From Gemmatimonadota bacterium (GTDB taxonomy: Bacteria; Gemmatimonadota; Gemmatimonadetes; Longimicrobiales; RSA9): a stretch of DNA of 37,804 bases. The notes below the pieces were generated by a model. It had not been told where the DNA came from. It saw nothing but the letters and a program-made list of their open reading frames with translations, and did no database searches. The number at the start of each line of letters is the position of its first letter. Within the stretch, counting starts at the first letter, position 1. Made by a program: the position numbers and the translations under genes. Below are positions 35,267 through 37,804 of the stretch, piece after piece. Location of the stretch: NCBI GenBank assembly GCA_040905425.1, contig JBBDRO010000052.1, positions 1 through 37,804 of the forward strand, in the 5' to 3' direction.

Positions 35267-37768
35267 ATGGTCGACAACAACGTCGTCCTAGCCGTCCTGT
35301 CCGTGATGGCCCTGCTCTTCATTGCGGGCGTCCTCTCACTGATCACGGCGCGCCTGCGCGTGCCCTTTGCCGTGACGCTGGTGGTGGTGGGCCTCATCCT
35401 GGGTGAGCTGCTGCGGCATTTTCCCGCACTCACGCCGCTCGGCGCACTCCGCCTCACGCCGGACCTGCTCATCTGGATCTTCCTGCCCACGCTCATCTTC
35501 CAGGCGGCCTTCGAGCTGGACGCGCGGGTGCTGGCGCAGAATCTCCTGCCTATCCTGGTGCTGGCTGTGCCGGCCATCTTCGTGTCCTTCCTCATCGTGG
35601 GTTTCGGCCTGCACTGGACCATCGGCCTGCCGCTCGGCGCCGCGCTGCTCTTCGGCGCGCTGATCAGTTCTACCGACAGCTCCGCGGTGCTGGCGGTCTT
35701 CCAGGAAGTGGGCGCACCCAAACGCCTGGTGGTGCTGGCCCAGGGGGAGAACCTCTTCAACGACGCCGCCTCCATCGTGGTCTTCCAGATCGTGGTGGGC
35801 GCCCTGGCGGTGGCGGGCGCGCAGGCCGCGCAGTCGGGCGCCGCTCTGGTGCTGGGCAGCGCGGGCGCCTTCTTCCTGAACTTCTTCGGTGGCATTGCGG
35901 CCGGCTGGGCCATGGGGCGCGTCTTCACCATCCTCACGGGCATCATCGAGGATGATGACCTCATCGAGATCCTGCTCACCACCTGCGCCGCCTACCTCTC
36001 CTACCTGGTGGCCGAGCTGGCCTTCCAGGTGAGCGGCGCCATGGCCACCGCGGTGACCGGCCTGGTCATGGCCAGCTCCGGGCGCACCAAGTACACGCCC
36101 GACACGCTTCGCTATCTGGAGCGCTTCTGGGAGTTCCTGGCCTACGTGGCCAACGCGCTGACCTTCCTGCTCATCGGCCTGTCCGTCAGCCTGGCCGCGC
36201 TCACGGGCTCGATCCTGCCCATCGCCGCCGCCATCGGCGTCTCCCTGCTGGCACGCGCGGTAAGCATCTACGGACTCTTCCCGCTGGTGAACCGCATGCC
36301 CGCCATGGAGCGGGTGGACGTGCGTTACCAGAGCACGCTGGTGTGGGGCGGGCTGCGCGGCGCCATGGCGCTCGTGCTGGCGCTCAGCATCCCCGAGACG
36401 CTCGCCGGTCGGGAGCTGCTCATTGCCATCACCTTCGGCACGGTGCTCTTCAGCCTGCTGGGCCAGGGTCTCACCCTGCAGCCGCTCATTGCCGGCCTGG
36501 GGCTGCAGAGCGCCACCCTGCCCGAGCAGTTCGTGCGCGACGAGAGCATGCTCACCGCCAAGCACCGCGCCCGCCAGCGCCTCTCGGAGCTGCGTAGCGG
36601 GGGCATGTTCAGTGACTCGGTAACGGAGGAACTGGAGCGCAGCTACAGCGCGGAGGAAGCGGCCATCCGGGAGAAGATCCAGGCGCTCCGCGAGCGGGGG
36701 CATCTGGGCAGCCGCGAGGAGCTCAAGCTGCTCAAGCGCGAGTACCTGCTGGTGGAGAAGCGCGTCTACCAGGACCTCTTCCACCGGGGCCAGCTCTCCG
36801 AGAAGGTGCTGCGCGAGCTGCACCACTCCATCGAGTTGCAGATCGACCATCTGCGGAGCGGCGGCGCCACGCCCGCGTGGACCATCCACTCGCCGCTCCG
36901 CTGGAAGCTGGAGGCCGCCTTCTTCGCGGCGCTGGACCGCGTCTTCCCGTGGGGCAACACCGTCCAGCACTTCCGGCTGAACCGCATTGCCGACCTCTAC
37001 GAGGGGCACTGGGGCCGCCTCATGGCCAGCCAGCGGGTGCTGGACGAGCTGGACACCATCGAGGCCGACGGCACCAACGCCCCCGAGCTCGTCCAGGAGC
37101 TGCGGGACGTCTACCGCCTCTGGAACCGCAACGCCCGCGCGCGCCTGGACGCCGTGGCCGAGCAGTTCCCGGAGTACGTCACCAAGGTGCAGCACCTCAT
37201 GGCCGCCCGCCTCTGCCTGCAGGCCGAGGAGGAGGTCATCGAGGAGATGGAGCGCCTGGACGTGCTCCCCGAGCGGGAGGCGCGCCAGATGCGCGACGTG
37301 GTGCGCCGCAAGATGAAGCGCCTGCGCAAGAAGCCGCTCCACGAACTGCGCCTGCGCCCCGAGCAGCTCCTGGTCAAGGTGCCGCTCTTCCGGTCGCTGC
37401 CGCAGTACGAGTTCGAGCGCATCGTTAAGCTGGTCCGACTGCGGACCTTCCTGGCCGACGAGCGCGTCATCCGCAAGGGCACGGAGGGAGACTCCATGTT
37501 CCTCATCGGCCGCGGCGTGGTGCGCGTCACGGTGGACGCCCAGGGCGGCGACCCCATCCCCATCGCCACCCTGCTGGCCGGCGAATTCTTCGGCGAGATG
37601 GCGCTCCTCTCCGGCGAGCGCCGGAACGCCGACGTCACCACCGCCACGCACTGCACGCTGTACGAATTGACGAGGGCCGACCTGGAATCCGTCACCCAGG
37701 ACTGTCCCGCCATCCGCAACGTACTGGAGGCCACCCAGCGGGAACGGAGCATCAAAGTCGTCTCTTAA
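35267..37768 (+). CDS. CPA1 (NhaP-type) cation/H+ antiporter with C-terminal cyclic-nucleotide-binding domain
   Basis: FLPTLIF, LFGALISSTD, GENLFNDA, WGGLRGA, QGLT; long helical linker; VPLF...GDSMFLI..G...FFGEMALL..ERRNADV. Confidence 0.92.
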   Translation: MVDNNVVLAVLSVMALLFIAGVLSLITARLRVPFAVTLVVVGLILGELLRHFPALTPLGALRLTPDLLIWIFLPTLIFQAAFELDARVLAQNLLPILVLAVPAIFVSFLIVGFGLHWTIGLPLGAALLFGALISSTDSSAVLAVFQEVGAPKRLVVLAQGENLFNDAASIVVFQIVVGALAVAGAQAAQSGAALVLGSAGAFFLNFFGGIAAGWAMGRVFTILTGIIEDDDLIEILLTTCAAYLSYLVAELAFQVSGAMATAVTGLVMASSGRTKYTPDTLRYLERFWEFLAYVANALTFLLIGLSVSLAALTGSILPIAAAIGVSLLARAVSIYGLFPLVNRMPAMERVDVRYQSTLVWGGLRGAMALVLALSIPETLAGRELLIAITFGTVLFSLLGQGLTLQPLIAGLGLQSATLPEQFVRDESMLTAKHRARQRLSELRSGGMFSDSVTEELERSYSAEEAAIREKIQALRERGHLGSREELKLLKREYLLVEKRVYQDLFHRGQLSEKVLRELHHSIELQIDHLRSGGATPAWTIHSPLRWKLEAAFFAALDRVFPWGNTVQHFRLNRIADLYEGHWGRLMASQRVLDELDTIEADGTNAPELVQELRDVYRLWNRNARARLDAVAEQFPEYVTKVQHLMAARLCLQAEEEVIEEMERLDVLPEREARQMRDVVRRKMKRLRKKPLHELRLRPEQLLVKVPLFRSLPQYEFERIVKLVRLRTFLADERVIRKGTEGDSMFLIGRGVVRVTVDAQGGDPIPIATLLAGEFFGEMALLSGERRNADVTTATHCTLYELTRADLESVTQDCPAIRNVLEATQRERSIKVVS

Positions 37769-37804
37769 GCGACGTCCGGACGCACGTTCTTCGCGCGCGC
37801 GCCG

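Noticed and set aside
1639..37651. Long antisense and alternate-frame ORFs (e.g. 1639-3771, 7824-10079, 8860-11154, 12812-14782, 24881-26482, 35336-37651)
   Set aside because: Shadows of real genes caused by high GC and few stop codons; no recognisable motifs

Overview
Very GC-rich bacterial chromosome segment. The gene content suggests a Gram-negative organism, probably Gemmatimonadota/Longimicrobiales-like (inference only). It opens with an IS terminal repeat (1-53), then a complete histidine operon (hisG, fused hisD-hisC, hisH, hisA, hisB, hisF, hisN, hisIE) with an unannotated, apparently leaderless His-rich leader peptide and attenuator. Next come an orphan MCP, a DUF1707/ABC/PLDc_N/REC/EAL cluster and an AbrB-Doc toxin-antitoxin pair. 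A ~5.4 kb accessory block (15460-20831) follows, bracketed by an exact 144-bp duplication of the doc 3' end and ending in a synonymously diverged fragment of the downstream glycoside hydrolase gene. The block carries a decayed ArsR-SRPBCC operon and the most interesting unit here: orphan OmpR-type regulator, 3x11-bp direct repeats, a secreted acidic 8-Cys peptide, a membrane-anchored DsbA and a secreted beta-propeller-like protein. The right half holds a TPR membrane protein, a DUF4015-like glycoside hydrolase, a JAB protease with a Ubl-E1-rhodanese polyprotein, a 19-bp tandem repeat, a 28-bp AT-rich palindrome, waaA, an MFS transporter, an acyltransferase, YeiH, RsmD, DUF423, an aminopeptidase and a CPA1 antiporter with a cNMP-binding domain. 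A ~45-bp element with the core AAGCGACG recurs inside unrelated coding sequences. All family calls come from motif recognition by eye; no searches were run.
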